From positions 4,576,001 to 4,640,000 of the forward strand of contig OY969695.1 of the NCBI GenBank assembly GCA_963701965.1: a stretch of 64,000 bases of DNA. Reading direction: 5' to 3'. This DNA is from an uncultured Gemmatimonadales bacterium (GTDB taxonomy: Bacteria; Gemmatimonadota; Gemmatimonadetes; Gemmatimonadales; Gemmatimonadaceae). The notes under the pieces were generated by a model that was not told where the DNA came from, searched no databases, and was given only the letters and a program-made list of their open reading frames with translations. The position numbers and the translations under genes are program-made. Below are positions 41,211 to 51,732 of this stretch, piece after piece (position 1 is the first letter of the stretch; each line of letters starts with the position of its first letter).

Positions 41211-42326
41211 GGCGCGCCCTTCGACGACATCGCGAAACGCGCGTTCGTACTCGTCGGCAATGAAATCCCAGGTGTACGCTTCGCGAATCCGGTTCGGCGC
41301 GATGGCGCGGAGACACGCGGCGCGGGTCTCATCGGAGTCGATCGCATCCAGTGTCCGGGTCAGCGCCGCCGCATCCTTCGGGAACAGGATGCCGTATTCC
41401 GTTCCGCTCGGGCTCACCAGCACCTCGCGGTTGAACGGGTTGTCGAGCGCGATGATGCAGTTGCCGTAGCCCAGCGCCTTGAGGAGGGCCGGGTTCGTGC
41501 CTCCCAGGCTGTGCCCATGGATGTAGGCGTAGCAGTTGCAATGGAGCTCGCGCACGTGCTCCGAATCCGGGATGTGGCCGAGAAACCGGACGCGCGGATC
41601 GGCGGTTCGCCGCACGGCTTCGACCCACGGGCTCTTGAAGTTCGCGCCGCCCGCGATCAGCAGTTGGCGCGTCGAGCGGCTCGCCGTGAACGCCTGGATG
41701 ATGAGGTCGGCATTGTTCTCCGGCACCAAGCGGCTGGCGATGAGATAGTACCCCCCGGGCGCGACGCCGTACTGGGCCAGCACTTCGGGGTGTTCCGACT
41801 GCTGAATCTCGGCGCCATAGGCAATGAAGTACGAATCCCGGCCGAAACGCTCGCGGTAGTAGGCGCGCATGGCTTCCGAGTCATTGATGATCGCCGACGC
41901 CGTGTGCAGGGAGATGCGCGCCGCGGCGCGGAAGTAGGCCTTGCCGACGGGCCCCCACTTGTCGCGGCCCCAGTCCATCCCGTTCACGTTGACCACGATC
42001 TTCTCGCGCACCAGCCAGGGGAGGATGGAGTACGGTGCGCTGGGCAGCGTATGCACGTAGACCACGTCAGGTCGCCGCATCGTCGCGTCGACGGTCGCGA
42101 ACGCCGCATGGACGAACTGGCCCAGGGACTTGTGCTCGGGCGCCGGGTAGAAGATCCGCCGCACGCCGCGCCAGTAGGGTGCGCGATCCCGGAAATAGCC
42201 CGAGCGGCAGTACACGGTGATGTCATGCCCTTTCGCCGCCAGGCGAGGAGCCAGGTGTCGCACCTGTTCTTCACCACCGCCGTACGTATGGGGAATGCCG
42301 CGAAACCCGATCATCGCAATGCGCAT
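41199..42326 (-). CDS. GT4 glycosyltransferase (DUF1972/WchF-like)
   Basis: GFRGIPHTYGG.E, SRLVPENN, HGHSLGGTNPALL. Confidence 0.9.
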   Translation of the reverse strand: MRIAMIGFRGIPHTYGGGEEQVRHLAPRLAAKGHDITVYCRSGYFRDRAPYWRGVRRIFYPAPEHKSLGQFVHAAFATVDATMRRPDVVYVHTLPSAPYSILPWLVREKIVVNVNGMDWGRDKWGPVGKAYFRAAARISLHTASAIINDSEAMRAYYRERFGRDSYFIAYGAEIQQSEHPEVLAQYGVAPGGYYLIASRLVPENNADLIIQAFTASRSTRQLLIAGGANFKSPWVEAVRRTADPRVRFLGHIPDSEHVRELHCNCYAYIHGHSLGGTNPALLKALGYGNCIIALDNPFNREVLVSPSGTEYGILFPKDAAALTRTLDAIDSDETRAACLRAIAPNRIREAYTWDFIADEYERAFRDVVEGRALAA

Positions 42327-42333
42327 GGGAGTC

Positions 42334-43119
42334 TCAGTGAGTGGCGCGCCCGAGCGCGGTCGCACTGCGCGAGTCGGAGGCATGCACGAACACGAAATTG
42401 TTGACGTAACGGGCGTCGGTCGGCCGCTCGATGTATGGCGCCTGATGCTGCGCGTACCGGAATGCGCTGATCGGCTGCAGACCGACGGCGGGGTCGATGA
42501 AGTGCCCAGTATATCCGAGCGCCGCGACGACCGCGAAGGTGCCCGCGATGTCGCTCGCCGAGTGCCGTTGCTCGATCTCGATCATGAGCACGGGCCGTTC
42601 CCTCGCGATGGTGTCGGAGGCGCCCTCCAACACAGTTTGCTCGTGCCCCTCGACGTCGATCTTGAGGAGGCCGATATCGCTCAGCGCGTAGTCGTCGAGC
42701 CGTCGCACGGGGACGGTAACGCAGTCGTGACGCGCTTCGGTCGGCGTGAAGCTGGCAAGTTCGGAGTGTGGACGACCATTCAGGTACGGGACGTACAACG
42801 TGGCCGTGCCGCTCTGCCGCGAGAGGGCGACCTCGTGAACGCGGACGTCGGGCAGCCCCGTGGCCAGCGCGCGCAACGTGCGCGCCGGCTCCGGCAACGG
42901 CTCGAACGCGTCGACGCGCATGGTGCGGCCGAAGGCGTAGGTATACAGTCCGGCATTGGCGCCGACATCGAGCACGCCGGCGCCAGGACGGATCAGACGG
43001 CGCAGGAGCCGCAGTTCGCGGTCCAATCGACCCGTGAGCGCGCGGTACCAGTAGCGGAGTGGCGTCCGATGACGCAGCGGGACCTGGGCGATGAGCCACG
43101 GTTTGACACGCGCGGTCAT
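42334..43119 (-). CDS. FkbM-family methyltransferase
   Basis: LDVGANAG, AFEP, LKIDVEGHE. Confidence 0.9.
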   Translation of the reverse strand: MTARVKPWLIAQVPLRHRTPLRYWYRALTGRLDRELRLLRRLIRPGAGVLDVGANAGLYTYAFGRTMRVDAFEPLPEPARTLRALATGLPDVRVHEVALSRQSGTATLYVPYLNGRPHSELASFTPTEARHDCVTVPVRRLDDYALSDIGLLKIDVEGHEQTVLEGASDTIARERPVLMIEIEQRHSASDIAGTFAVVAALGYTGHFIDPAVGLQPISAFRYAQHQAPYIERPTDARYVNNFVFVHASDSRSATALGRATH

Positions 43120-44279
43120 ACCTGCAATGCGGACGTCCGGTGCGCCATGGCCCGAGCGACAAGGGGCGACACGTCCGCCGGCCGGAGCGCCGCGAGTTTC
43201 TGCCGTTGCAGGGCGAGCGACAGAAACTCGCCGTCGGGCGCCGCATCCGTCTCGGTCGCGCAGTACGCGCCCGCCTCGACTTGCGATACGTTGAGACTGC
43301 GGATGAACACCACCGGCGTACCAACCGCATTGGCGATGTGCCGTGGCCCGGAGTCGGTCGCCAGCACGGCGTCGCAACGCCGGACGAAGGCGGCGAATCC
43401 AAGCAGGCCAAGGCGTCCCGCCAGGACGCGACAGGACAACGACCGCGGCGCTCGGGCCGCCGCTTGCTGTAGATAGGGTGCGTCGTCGGCGCTTCCGCAC
43501 AATACGACTTGCATCGGGGTGTGGCGCGCCGCCAGAGCCAGCGTCTCAATGAAACGTTCCGCGGGCCACACGGCGGTTTCGCGTTGGCGTACCGTCATGG
43601 TGCACACCACGACCGGCGTTCCATCGTGCAGCTCGAGCTCCCGGCGCGCCGCGACCGCATCCTCCTCGTCGCGAAGGCCCGGGTAGACCTGTGGGTCGAG
43701 CGGCCAATCCTCGTGCTCGCCGGCGACGGCGGCCACGAGCGCGCGTGTGTACGCGGCGTAGGGGCGGGGATAGCGGGCCCGCACGGCATGGGTCACCAAC
43801 CCGGAAAAGCCCTTGTGCACGAAGCCGACACGGGTGGGAATACCCGCGCGCACGGCCAGCCAGAGGTCGGCATGGTAAGCAATGTGGTCCGTGCAGAGGG
43901 CGGCGTCAAGGTCGCGCTCCCGCAAGGCGCGGATCGTGTCAGGATGCCGGCGCCAGCGCCCATCCTCGCGCATGAGCGGAAGCACCTCATCGACGTGCGG
44001 GTTGCTCGTCAGGAGCTCCGCCGTGCGCGGCGCGCACACATAGACAATCCGGCAGGACGGTAGCGCGCGGCGAAGGACCGGTAGCGAAGGGGTCCGAAAG
44101 AGCGTGTCGCCAATATGGCTGGCGCCGAAGATCACCAGGCTTCGCCACTCGGCCGGCGATTGGGCCGACCCGCGGGCACGGAGCCGTGCCACAACCCGAA
44201 GCGCCGGTCTCGCGATCTCGGAGATGTGCGCGAAGACGCGGTTGCGCGTCCGCCACACTGCATTGCGTTCGATTGTCAT
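43116..44279 (-). CDS. GT9 (heptosyltransferase-like) glycosyltransferase
   Basis: HIGDTLFRTP, NPHVDEV, WPAERF, TDSGPRHIA. Confidence 0.88.
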   Translation of the reverse strand: MTIERNAVWRTRNRVFAHISEIARPALRVVARLRARGSAQSPAEWRSLVIFGASHIGDTLFRTPSLPVLRRALPSCRIVYVCAPRTAELLTSNPHVDEVLPLMREDGRWRRHPDTIRALRERDLDAALCTDHIAYHADLWLAVRAGIPTRVGFVHKGFSGLVTHAVRARYPRPYAAYTRALVAAVAGEHEDWPLDPQVYPGLRDEEDAVAARRELELHDGTPVVVCTMTVRQRETAVWPAERFIETLALAARHTPMQVVLCGSADDAPYLQQAAARAPRSLSCRVLAGRLGLLGFAAFVRRCDAVLATDSGPRHIANAVGTPVVFIRSLNVSQVEAGAYCATETDAAPDGEFLSLALQRQKLAALRPADVSPLVARAMAHRTSALQV

Positions 44280-44401
44280 GCCCGCGTCGATAGCGCCACG
44301 CAGGCAGAATGTAACCCGCATCATCAATCGCTGCAAGCCGCTGTGCCGCCCGCACTTCCGCCACACTTTCAACCATCTGCCTCCAACAGCTAGCTTACCG
44401 C

Positions 44402-45781
44402 GTGACTTCCATTCGACGGGCAGTGTCGTTTCTGTGGCCGGACGAGGCCGTGTGGTTTTCCTTGATCGGCCGGGGCGTCTCGTTCGTGAGCACGCCGATC
44501 ACGCTGCTCCTGGTCGCTACACGATTTTCCGCCGTCTATCAGGGTTTTTACTACACGTTCACAACGATCACATCGTTCACCGTCCTGCTCGAGCTTGGTC
44601 TCGGGATGGTGTTGACGCAGTTCGCCAGTCACGAGTTCGCGCACTTGCGGTGGACTCCGGAAGGGGCGCTGGATGGCCCGGACTTGCCGCGCAATCACCT
44701 CCTGGGGATTCTGCTCAAAGCGGTGCAATGGTACACGGCCGTCGCCGCGATCGCGGTCCTGGTTTTCCTGCCCGCCGGATACGCCTTCTTCGCTTCGCAG
44801 GCCCACGCGCAACACGTCGTCTACCTGGGACCGTGGGTCGCCCTCGTGGTGCTCACCTCACTGGGCCTCATGGCGGTGCCGCTGGTGTCGACGATCGAAG
44901 GGTGCGGTCGTGTTGCCGACGTCGCTCGGTTGCGTTTGTTACAGTCCGCGGCGGCCAGCATTCTGCTGTGGTGGGGGATCCTGCGCGGGGATGCGCTCTA
45001 CGCGGCGGCGCTCGCCGCGGCGGCCCCCGTCGTTATTCCTGGCCTGTGGCTCGCGGTGGGCTATCGGGGCCTGCTGCGCCAGGCCTGGGGAGCCGTGTCC
45101 AATCGCGTCGATGCGATGATCTCGTGGCGGCGCGAGCTCTTGCCGATGCAATGGCGGATCGCGGTGAGTTGGTTGGGCGGGTTTCTCGTCTTTTCCTTGT
45201 TCAATCCATTGCTGTTCCGTTATCAGGGCGCGGTGGCCGCGGGGCAGATGGGTATGAGCCTGACGTTGGCGAACGCGCCGTTTGCGATTGGCATGTCCTG
45301 GTTGGCGACGCGGGCGCCGTTGTATGGAGCGCTCATCCGGCAGCGCCGCTATGCGACGCTCGACCACATGGCGTCGACCGCGACCGCCCAGGCGGCGATC
45401 GTCTGGGCTTTGGGTTCCGGCGCGCTACTCGTCGCCGTGACTGTCGCCAGGTCGGTCGCGCCGGCGCTTGCCGCGCGCGTCCTCCCGGTATCGGCGGTCG
45501 CCGCGCTCTGTGTGGCGAGCCTCGTGAACGTTCTCATGCAATCAATGGCGGGGTACCTCCGGGCACACAAAGAGGAGCCATACGCCGCCTTGTCAGTCGG
45601 CACGGGCGTGCTCGTGGCGCTGACCCTCTGGACGGCGGCCCGTTTCGGATCTCCGTCGAGCATGGCCTTCGTGTATGCCGGGATCGTCTTGATGATCGAG
45701 CTGCCGATTGCCACCATCATCTTCGTTCGCAAGCGTCGCGAGTGGCATCGCGCGCCGGACTCAACGCTCGTGCCGGCCTGA
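44402..45781 (+). CDS. Wzx-like polysaccharide flippase
   Basis: About 12 TM segments, QGFYYTF, ELGLG, context. Confidence 0.8.
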   Translation: MTSIRRAVSFLWPDEAVWFSLIGRGVSFVSTPITLLLVATRFSAVYQGFYYTFTTITSFTVLLELGLGMVLTQFASHEFAHLRWTPEGALDGPDLPRNHLLGILLKAVQWYTAVAAIAVLVFLPAGYAFFASQAHAQHVVYLGPWVALVVLTSLGLMAVPLVSTIEGCGRVADVARLRLLQSAAASILLWWGILRGDALYAAALAAAAPVVIPGLWLAVGYRGLLRQAWGAVSNRVDAMISWRRELLPMQWRIAVSWLGGFLVFSLFNPLLFRYQGAVAAGQMGMSLTLANAPFAIGMSWLATRAPLYGALIRQRRYATLDHMASTATAQAAIVWALGSGALLVAVTVARSVAPALAARVLPVSAVAALCVASLVNVLMQSMAGYLRAHKEEPYAALSVGTGVLVALTLWTAARFGSPSSMAFVYAGIVLMIELPIATIIFVRKRREWHRAPDSTLVPA

Positions 45782-46954
45782 CGCGGGCGCCGGCCGGTCG
45801 CGGGCGAGGGTCGCGCACGCGGCGAGAATGAGATCGGCGGTCTTCCCCCAGGTGAACGCATCCGCGCGCGCGAGGCCGAGGCGGCTCATAGTGCTGCGCA
45901 GGTTGGCATCGGCCGTCACGCGCTCCAAGGTGTCGCGCAGCGCCTGGACGTCTCGCGGGTCGGCGTAGAGGGCGGCGTCCCCCGCCACCTCGGGGATCGA
46001 GGAGAGCGGCGACGTCACGACGGGCGTGCCGCAACGCATGGCCTCGAGGACGGGTAACCCGAAGCCCTCGTACAACGTGGGAAAGACGAAGGCGACGGCC
46101 CCCGCGTAGAGCCATGGGAGGTCGGTTATCGCGACCTGCCCCAACCACCGCACGCCGTCGGTGTGGGCGCCCGGGCGACCGGCCTGGCCGACAATGACCA
46201 AATCCGGCGTGTCCTTCCCCGGAAGGGCAGCGTGGGCCGCCAAGGCGGCGTCGAGGTTCTTGCGCGGGTCGTGGGCGCCGACGAACAAGATGTATGGCCG
46301 GCTGATGCCGAATCGTTCCGCGACCCACGCGGCGGCCATCGGCGCTGGTCGTGGATGAAAGAGGGTCGCATCGACCGCCAGCGGTGCGACGGTGATCCGC
46401 GTCTCGTCGAATCCGGCGAGCGAGACGGCATCGCGCTTGGTTGCCTCCGAGATCGCGATCCACCAATCCGCCCGCCGCAGGCGGCGCAGCCGCTGGCGAT
46501 ACTGCCACGCGGGAGCGCCGGCCCGACGACGCGTCAAGTACAGCTCCGGGAACACGAGCGGGGCGACGTCATAGAGGACGCCTACCGTCCGGAAGCCCCG
46601 CGCAATGGGAACCGCGTGCGGATCGGTCGCCAGGAAGATGCGCGCGTTGGTCCGGGAGGCTTCCCATGGCAAGAACAGGCTCGCGTCGACCATCTGCCAC
46701 CAGTTCGCGATGCGCGCCGGAACGCCCTTGTTCGCTCCGGCGAGCGCCGCCGACAGCCCCCGCTGGCGCCACGGCAGATCGATCGGCAAACGGTGGCGCG
46801 CGATGTACGTCGCCGTCACCCCGTGCTCAGCGAGGCGGCTTGGCGTGCACGCCCTCAGGAGCTCGCGGGCTACCGTTCCGATCCCGCGTGAACGGTGCAG
46901 ATTTTCTGACGGACCCGCATCGATGCAGAGCTGCACGCCAGAAGCTATCGTCAT
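45761..46954 (-). CDS. GT4 glycosyltransferase
   Basis: DPRKN, YEGFGLPVLEAM, SSIPEVAGDA. Confidence 0.92.
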   Translation of the reverse strand: MTIASGVQLCIDAGPSENLHRSRGIGTVARELLRACTPSRLAEHGVTATYIARHRLPIDLPWRQRGLSAALAGANKGVPARIANWWQMVDASLFLPWEASRTNARIFLATDPHAVPIARGFRTVGVLYDVAPLVFPELYLTRRRAGAPAWQYRQRLRRLRRADWWIAISEATKRDAVSLAGFDETRITVAPLAVDATLFHPRPAPMAAAWVAERFGISRPYILFVGAHDPRKNLDAALAAHAALPGKDTPDLVIVGQAGRPGAHTDGVRWLGQVAITDLPWLYAGAVAFVFPTLYEGFGLPVLEAMRCGTPVVTSPLSSIPEVAGDAALYADPRDVQALRDTLERVTADANLRSTMSRLGLARADAFTWGKTADLILAACATLARDRPAPASGRHER

Positions 46955-47024
46955 GGCATCCGGCGGCAAGACGCGGGCGTGGGCGCCGGTTGTGCCCCTG
47001 GTGGCCACTGATTAGCCTCCAAAC

Positions 47025-48146
47025 GTGTCTCGTGAGCATATCATAGCGGCGACAGCAGCGCTGACCATCGGCCTGGCCATCTCGCCGGCGGCAACGCTCG
47101 AGGCGCAGTGCGCTGCCCCGGGCACCCCGGCGCTTCCCGTGCCGCCCGGATTGGGTGCCGAGCCTCCGCGCGTGCGCGGTTTCATGTCAGGCTTCATCGA
47201 CTCGACAACGTTTCGGGACATGCGCCAGTGGGGCGCGAACGTCGTCCGGCTCCAGATCCATCCCGTGGCGGATGCCAAGCGCTTCCAGAAGCCCCTGTGG
47301 GACGCGTGGTCGATGACACTCGACACGACGGTAGCGCACGTGCGTGACGCCGTCGCGGCCGGGCTGTGGGTCGTCGTGGACCTGCACGAGGCCCCCATCG
47401 CGGATGTCGCGCAGGACCACAGCGCGTTCTGGTCGCGCGGTGATCTCGCGAGCAACTTCTGTCGCGCGTGGACCGACCTCGTACGCCGCCTCGAGCCGTA
47501 TCGCGCGCATATCTGGGGCTATGATCTGTACAATGAACCGCTCGATCGGGATGAGCTGCCGGGGACGCCGCGCCAATGGTCGCCATTGGCCGAGCAGATC
47601 GCGCACACGATTCGCACCATGGACGCGGTCACGTGGCTGGTCGTGGAGAGCGGCCCCGGCTACGGATTCGGCGGGTTCAAGACCATGACGCCCATCACCG
47701 ACCGACGCACGGTGTACGAGGCGCACATCTACGATCCGCTGCACTTTGTCCAACAGGGGTTGCCCGGCAATGCGCCGGCGGGATCGGTACACTATCCCGG
47801 CGTCGTCGACGGGACGCTCTGGAATGCCGCGCGGATCGAGCAAAGCGTCGCACCCGGCGTCGCGTTTCAAGCCCGCTACCACGTGCCGATCTTCATTGGT
47901 GAGTTCAGCGTGGTCCGGTGGGCGCCGCACGACGATGCCTTGCGATGGCTCACCGATGTCCTGGACATCATGGAACGGCATCAGTGGTCGTGGGCCTACC
48001 ACGCCTTTCGCGAGTGTGATTGCTGGAACCTCGAGGACGATGACAATCCCAAGCGTCCCGGCGATCCCCCGCCAAAGTCCGCGGCCCAGGAGACCGACCG
48101 GGCGCGCGTGATCAAAGCGGCCCTGGCGAAGAACGGCCCCGCGTAG
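47025..48146 (+). CDS. Exported GH5 glycoside hydrolase
   Basis: Signal peptide, ANVVRL, VDLH, YNEP acid/base, HIYDP, IGEF nucleophile, WAYH. Confidence 0.88.
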   Translation: MSREHIIAATAALTIGLAISPAATLEAQCAAPGTPALPVPPGLGAEPPRVRGFMSGFIDSTTFRDMRQWGANVVRLQIHPVADAKRFQKPLWDAWSMTLDTTVAHVRDAVAAGLWVVVDLHEAPIADVAQDHSAFWSRGDLASNFCRAWTDLVRRLEPYRAHIWGYDLYNEPLDRDELPGTPRQWSPLAEQIAHTIRTMDAVTWLVVESGPGYGFGGFKTMTPITDRRTVYEAHIYDPLHFVQQGLPGNAPAGSVHYPGVVDGTLWNAARIEQSVAPGVAFQARYHVPIFIGEFSVVRWAPHDDALRWLTDVLDIMERHQWSWAYHAFRECDCWNLEDDDNPKRPGDPPPKSAAQETDRARVIKAALAKNGPA

Positions 48147-49245
48147 TCGCATCGGCGCGCGCATAGACGGCGGCGGTCCGCGCCGCCGCCTCTCGCGCCG
48201 AAAAGCCGGACGCGCGGATGCGTCCGGCGGCGATCAGGGTCGCGCGCTGCTCGGGCTTCGTGATGACGGACCGGAGGCTGTCCACCGCGGCGCGTCGATC
48301 GTCCGGGTCGATCACGATCGCGGCGTCTCCGACCACTTCCGGGAGGGACGTGCGATTGGAGCAGATGACCGGCGTGCCGATGGCCATGGCCTCGAGCGGC
48401 GGATACCCGAATCCCTCGGCGATCGAAAGGAAGGCGAGCGCTTGCGCGTGACGGTAGATGGCCTGGAGCATGATGGTCGACACGCCGCGGAGTCGCACTA
48501 CGAGCTCGGCCAACCCCTCGGCGCGGAGTGCGCGTTCGATCTCCGGTGTGCCGAAGTCGTCGGCGCCGACCCACACCAGCCCGTCGGTCAGACCTTCGGC
48601 CACGAGCCGTGAGACAACACGCGCCGTCTCCACGAGGTGCTTGCGCGGTTCGAGGCGGCCGACACCCAGGACGTAGCGCTCGGGTAGCCGCGCGCGGCAC
48701 GCGCTCCACTCCTTGCCAAGTGCGGTCTCATCAGGGCGCGACCAACTGGCATCGATCGGTGGATAGATCACCGTGATGCGACCGGCGTCCACGCGAAAGT
48801 GCCGGGCGATCCGCGCCTTCGAATACTCGGAGTCCGTGATCACCTGACGCGCCACCGCCACCGACATCCCGCACAAGACGCGCATCTGTAAACGTCGCCG
48901 GAGTGGCGCCAACGCGGGGAAATCGAGAAACAGCACATCGTGGCAGGTCACCACCAACCCGGGAGCGCCTACGGGCGGACCGAAGTAGTTGACGTGGAAA
49001 ACCTGGCATCCGTCGCGCCGCGCCAACCAGGGATAGACGAAAGGAATGCGGATGTGCGGCGGATGCACCGGGATGCGGCGGTGCTCGAAATGGGCTTGCG
49101 GAAGCTCGGCCCGCGTCGCCTCCGGGTCGAAGCTGTACAGGACGTAGGTGTGACAGGACGGCAACGCCGGGAGCAGGTTGCGCCAAACGGTCGCCGTGCC
49201 CTGGGCGAACCCGGTCAACACGTGGGCGTCAATGCCGACTCGCAT
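48112..49245 (-). CDS. GT4 glycosyltransferase
   Basis: [26 protein letters not shown]. Confidence 0.92.
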   Translation of the reverse strand: MRVGIDAHVLTGFAQGTATVWRNLLPALPSCHTYVLYSFDPEATRAELPQAHFEHRRIPVHPPHIRIPFVYPWLARRDGCQVFHVNYFGPPVGAPGLVVTCHDVLFLDFPALAPLRRRLQMRVLCGMSVAVARQVITDSEYSKARIARHFRVDAGRITVIYPPIDASWSRPDETALGKEWSACRARLPERYVLGVGRLEPRKHLVETARVVSRLVAEGLTDGLVWVGADDFGTPEIERALRAEGLAELVVRLRGVSTIMLQAIYRHAQALAFLSIAEGFGYPPLEAMAIGTPVICSNRTSLPEVVGDAAIVIDPDDRRAAVDSLRSVITKPEQRATLIAAGRIRASGFSAREAAARTAAVYARADATTRGRSSPGPL

Positions 49246-49340
49246 GGAGCGGCAATTTCACTGCTCAGCGCGTCTCCGCGCTACCCCTGGCACGCGCCGA
49301 GCACCCCGGGCATAATCCCACGATCCTTGGCTCGGTGTCG

Positions 49341-50783
49341 ATGGACGGACTCTGGATCCCAATCCTCGTTTTCCCGATCGTCGTCGTCGCGGTCGCTCTC
49401 GGCCTGACACTGCGCCGTGAGCTCGTGCTCGCGTTGCCGTTCCTGGCGGCGATCAATGGGACTCCGTTGGTCGTAGGCGGGCACCCGTTTCGATTCGATC
49501 AGTTGGCGGCCGCGTGCCTCGTCGCTGGCCTTGTCCCGGCGATGGTCGCCCGGCGGCGGCGTCTCGCGATGGACGCCGCGACCTGGTTGCTGCTGCTGTT
49601 CGCCGCGCTGAATGTTCTGTCGACGACGCTCTTTTCGCCAGCGAAAGGGTACAGCTTCACGCAGATCCTCAGTCTCGGCACCGTGTGGTCGCTGTACGTG
49701 GTGCTCCTCAACTGCCTCACGCACCATGAGGATCTGAACGGATTCATCGACGCGATGTTGATCGCGGGCGTGCTCGAATCAATGTGCGGTGTCCTCGCGT
49801 TCCTGCTCGGTCTCGCCGACATTCCCGTCGGGGGAGCGAACGTCGGTAGTGCCGCGGACATGTCGCTGGCGTTCGGCGCTTACGGCACCCTCATCGAGCC
49901 GAACATCTTCGGCAGTTACTGCCAAGCCTACTTCGTGTTGGGCGTCGGCCTGCTCTGGGTGGCCCCAGGGTCGTTGACGCGGCGTCGGCGTCTCATTGTT
50001 TCCATCTTGGTCGTGACATCGGCACTGGGGCTTCTCGCGAGCTTCACCCGCGGGGCGTGGCTGGGAACGGTGTGCGGTTTGTCCGCGCTTGCCATCCTCG
50101 GCGCACGCATCAGCTCGCGGCGGATCCCGGTGGGACGCATCGTGGTGACCGCCATCTTGATTGGCGGGGTGCTCGCGGGCGCGGCCTACCTTCCGGGACA
50201 GGTCGGCGAGTTCATTCGGTACAAGCTCGCGAACCTGACGAGCGCGCAATCCCAGACTGCGCAGTCGCGGCTCGTGACCTTCGGGTACGCGGTGCTCCAA
50301 TGGCGCGACCATCCCTGGATCGGCTGTGGCACCTACACGTTCGCGCCGCTCGCGGTCGGCGTCAATGCGAACTTCAGGGAGCTCGGGGGAAGGGGACTCT
50401 GGATCAGCAACTTCGCGTTGCTCGTGCTGCACGACACCGGGGTGGTCGGACTCGTCCTGTTCCTGACGTTGCTCGGCGCGGTCGTCGTGACGGGTGTCCG
50501 ATCAGCCCGGCGCCTCTGGGCCCCGGCACGGGAAGACGCCGCGATCCTGGTATCATTGACGGCAACCGTGATCGGACTGGTCGTGGCGTTCCTGTTCACC
50601 ACGGCGTTCAGCGTCGGCTATCCGTGGCTCTTCGTCGGACTGATCGGCGCCTACGCGCAGTACGCGCGACGAGTCAGTCCGCCGCCAGCGTTCGCGGGCG
50701 CTCCTGCCGCCCGGAGACGTCGGAGAATTCGACCGCCTCCGGCCGGCGAAGCGCCGGCTCCGTCGCCAACGCCCATAGGATGA
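49341..50783 (+). CDS. Wzy polymerase / O-antigen ligase family
   Basis: Multi-TM, EPNIFG, SFTRGAW, HPWIGCG, HDTGVVG. Confidence 0.85.
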   Translation: MDGLWIPILVFPIVVVAVALGLTLRRELVLALPFLAAINGTPLVVGGHPFRFDQLAAACLVAGLVPAMVARRRRLAMDAATWLLLLFAALNVLSTTLFSPAKGYSFTQILSLGTVWSLYVVLLNCLTHHEDLNGFIDAMLIAGVLESMCGVLAFLLGLADIPVGGANVGSAADMSLAFGAYGTLIEPNIFGSYCQAYFVLGVGLLWVAPGSLTRRRRLIVSILVVTSALGLLASFTRGAWLGTVCGLSALAILGARISSRRIPVGRIVVTAILIGGVLAGAAYLPGQVGEFIRYKLANLTSAQSQTAQSRLVTFGYAVLQWRDHPWIGCGTYTFAPLAVGVNANFRELGGRGLWISNFALLVLHDTGVVGLVLFLTLLGAVVVTGVRSARRLWAPAREDAAILVSLTATVIGLVVAFLFTTAFSVGYPWLFVGLIGAYAQYARRVSPPPAFAGAPAARRRRRIRPPPAGEAPAPSPTPIG

Positions 50784-51732
50784 CCGCGACGAGCGCGCCA
50801 ATGGCGGCGAGCACCATCTTGACGGGAATCTGTTTCTGCACCGGCTCGACGAGGCCGTCTGGACTATCGATCACCGAAATGAGCGGGGTGTTGCGCACCG
50901 CATCGACCCGCGCCTGCTCGTACTGCTGGACCATCGTGAGATAAACCTGCGACGCGATCTCAATGCGGCGGGTGAGTCCCATGCGCTCGGTCTGCAATCG
51001 CGGCGACGAAAACAGGGACCGGTTCCGTTCGTCGAACGCGGTCAACGTCTGCTCGGCGCGGTCCAGATCGGCCAAGGCTTCCTGGGACCGCCGTTCGGCA
51101 AAGGCGCGCTCGGCGCCCGCCTGCGATTGGCGGCGCTGCAGATTGAAGTCGTTGACCAACGACAGCATGCGTTTAGCAATGTTCTGCGAAAGGCCGGCAT
51201 CGGTGGTCGAGATCGTCACGGAGACGATCGCGGCCTTGGGATCGACGGCAATCCGCATGATCCGCTTCCGAAACCGCTTGATCGCTTCGATCTCGGATTC
51301 GGTGCGTGTCGGCTTGTGAAGCTTGAAGTAGACGACGAGATCGCCGGAAAATCCATCCGGTGGCGTCGCGGGGTATTGGGTGACGACGACTGAATGCAGC
51401 AGTTCTTTGGAGTCGAGCAGCGCCGCGTAGAAGTCGGGACCGGTCGCGCCGGAAAGCGAGCCCGCAAGGCCCCCGACCCCGCTGATACCGAGCTGCGACG
51501 CGATCCCCGTAATCGAGCCCACCTTCCCGGCGGAACCGCTCTGCGGATCCTGCGAAATGAAGCTCGCCTCGGCCATATACTGCTGCGGCAGCAACCACAG
51601 TCCGGCCCCGACGGCGAGCGCAAATATCAGCGGAATCAGGACCAGGACGCGCCGTCTCCGCTTCAGCACCGCCAGGTATGGCGCCAGCGATTCGCTGGCG
51701 CCATCACCCAGGGGCGCGCCCGGATCGATCAT
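50674..51732 (-). CDS. Wzz/PCP chain-length (co-polymerase) protein without kinase domain
   Basis: Two terminal TMs, Y.AEASF, coiled coil, ISVIDSP; no Walker motifs. Confidence 0.82.
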   Translation of the reverse strand: MIDPGAPLGDGASESLAPYLAVLKRRRRVLVLIPLIFALAVGAGLWLLPQQYMAEASFISQDPQSGSAGKVGSITGIASQLGISGVGGLAGSLSGATGPDFYAALLDSKELLHSVVVTQYPATPPDGFSGDLVVYFKLHKPTRTESEIEAIKRFRKRIMRIAVDPKAAIVSVTISTTDAGLSQNIAKRMLSLVNDFNLQRRQSQAGAERAFAERRSQEALADLDRAEQTLTAFDERNRSLFSSPRLQTERMGLTRRIEIASQVYLTMVQQYEQARVDAVRNTPLISVIDSPDGLVEPVQKQIPVKMVLAAIGALVAVILWALATEPALRRPEAVEFSDVSGRQERPRTLAAD

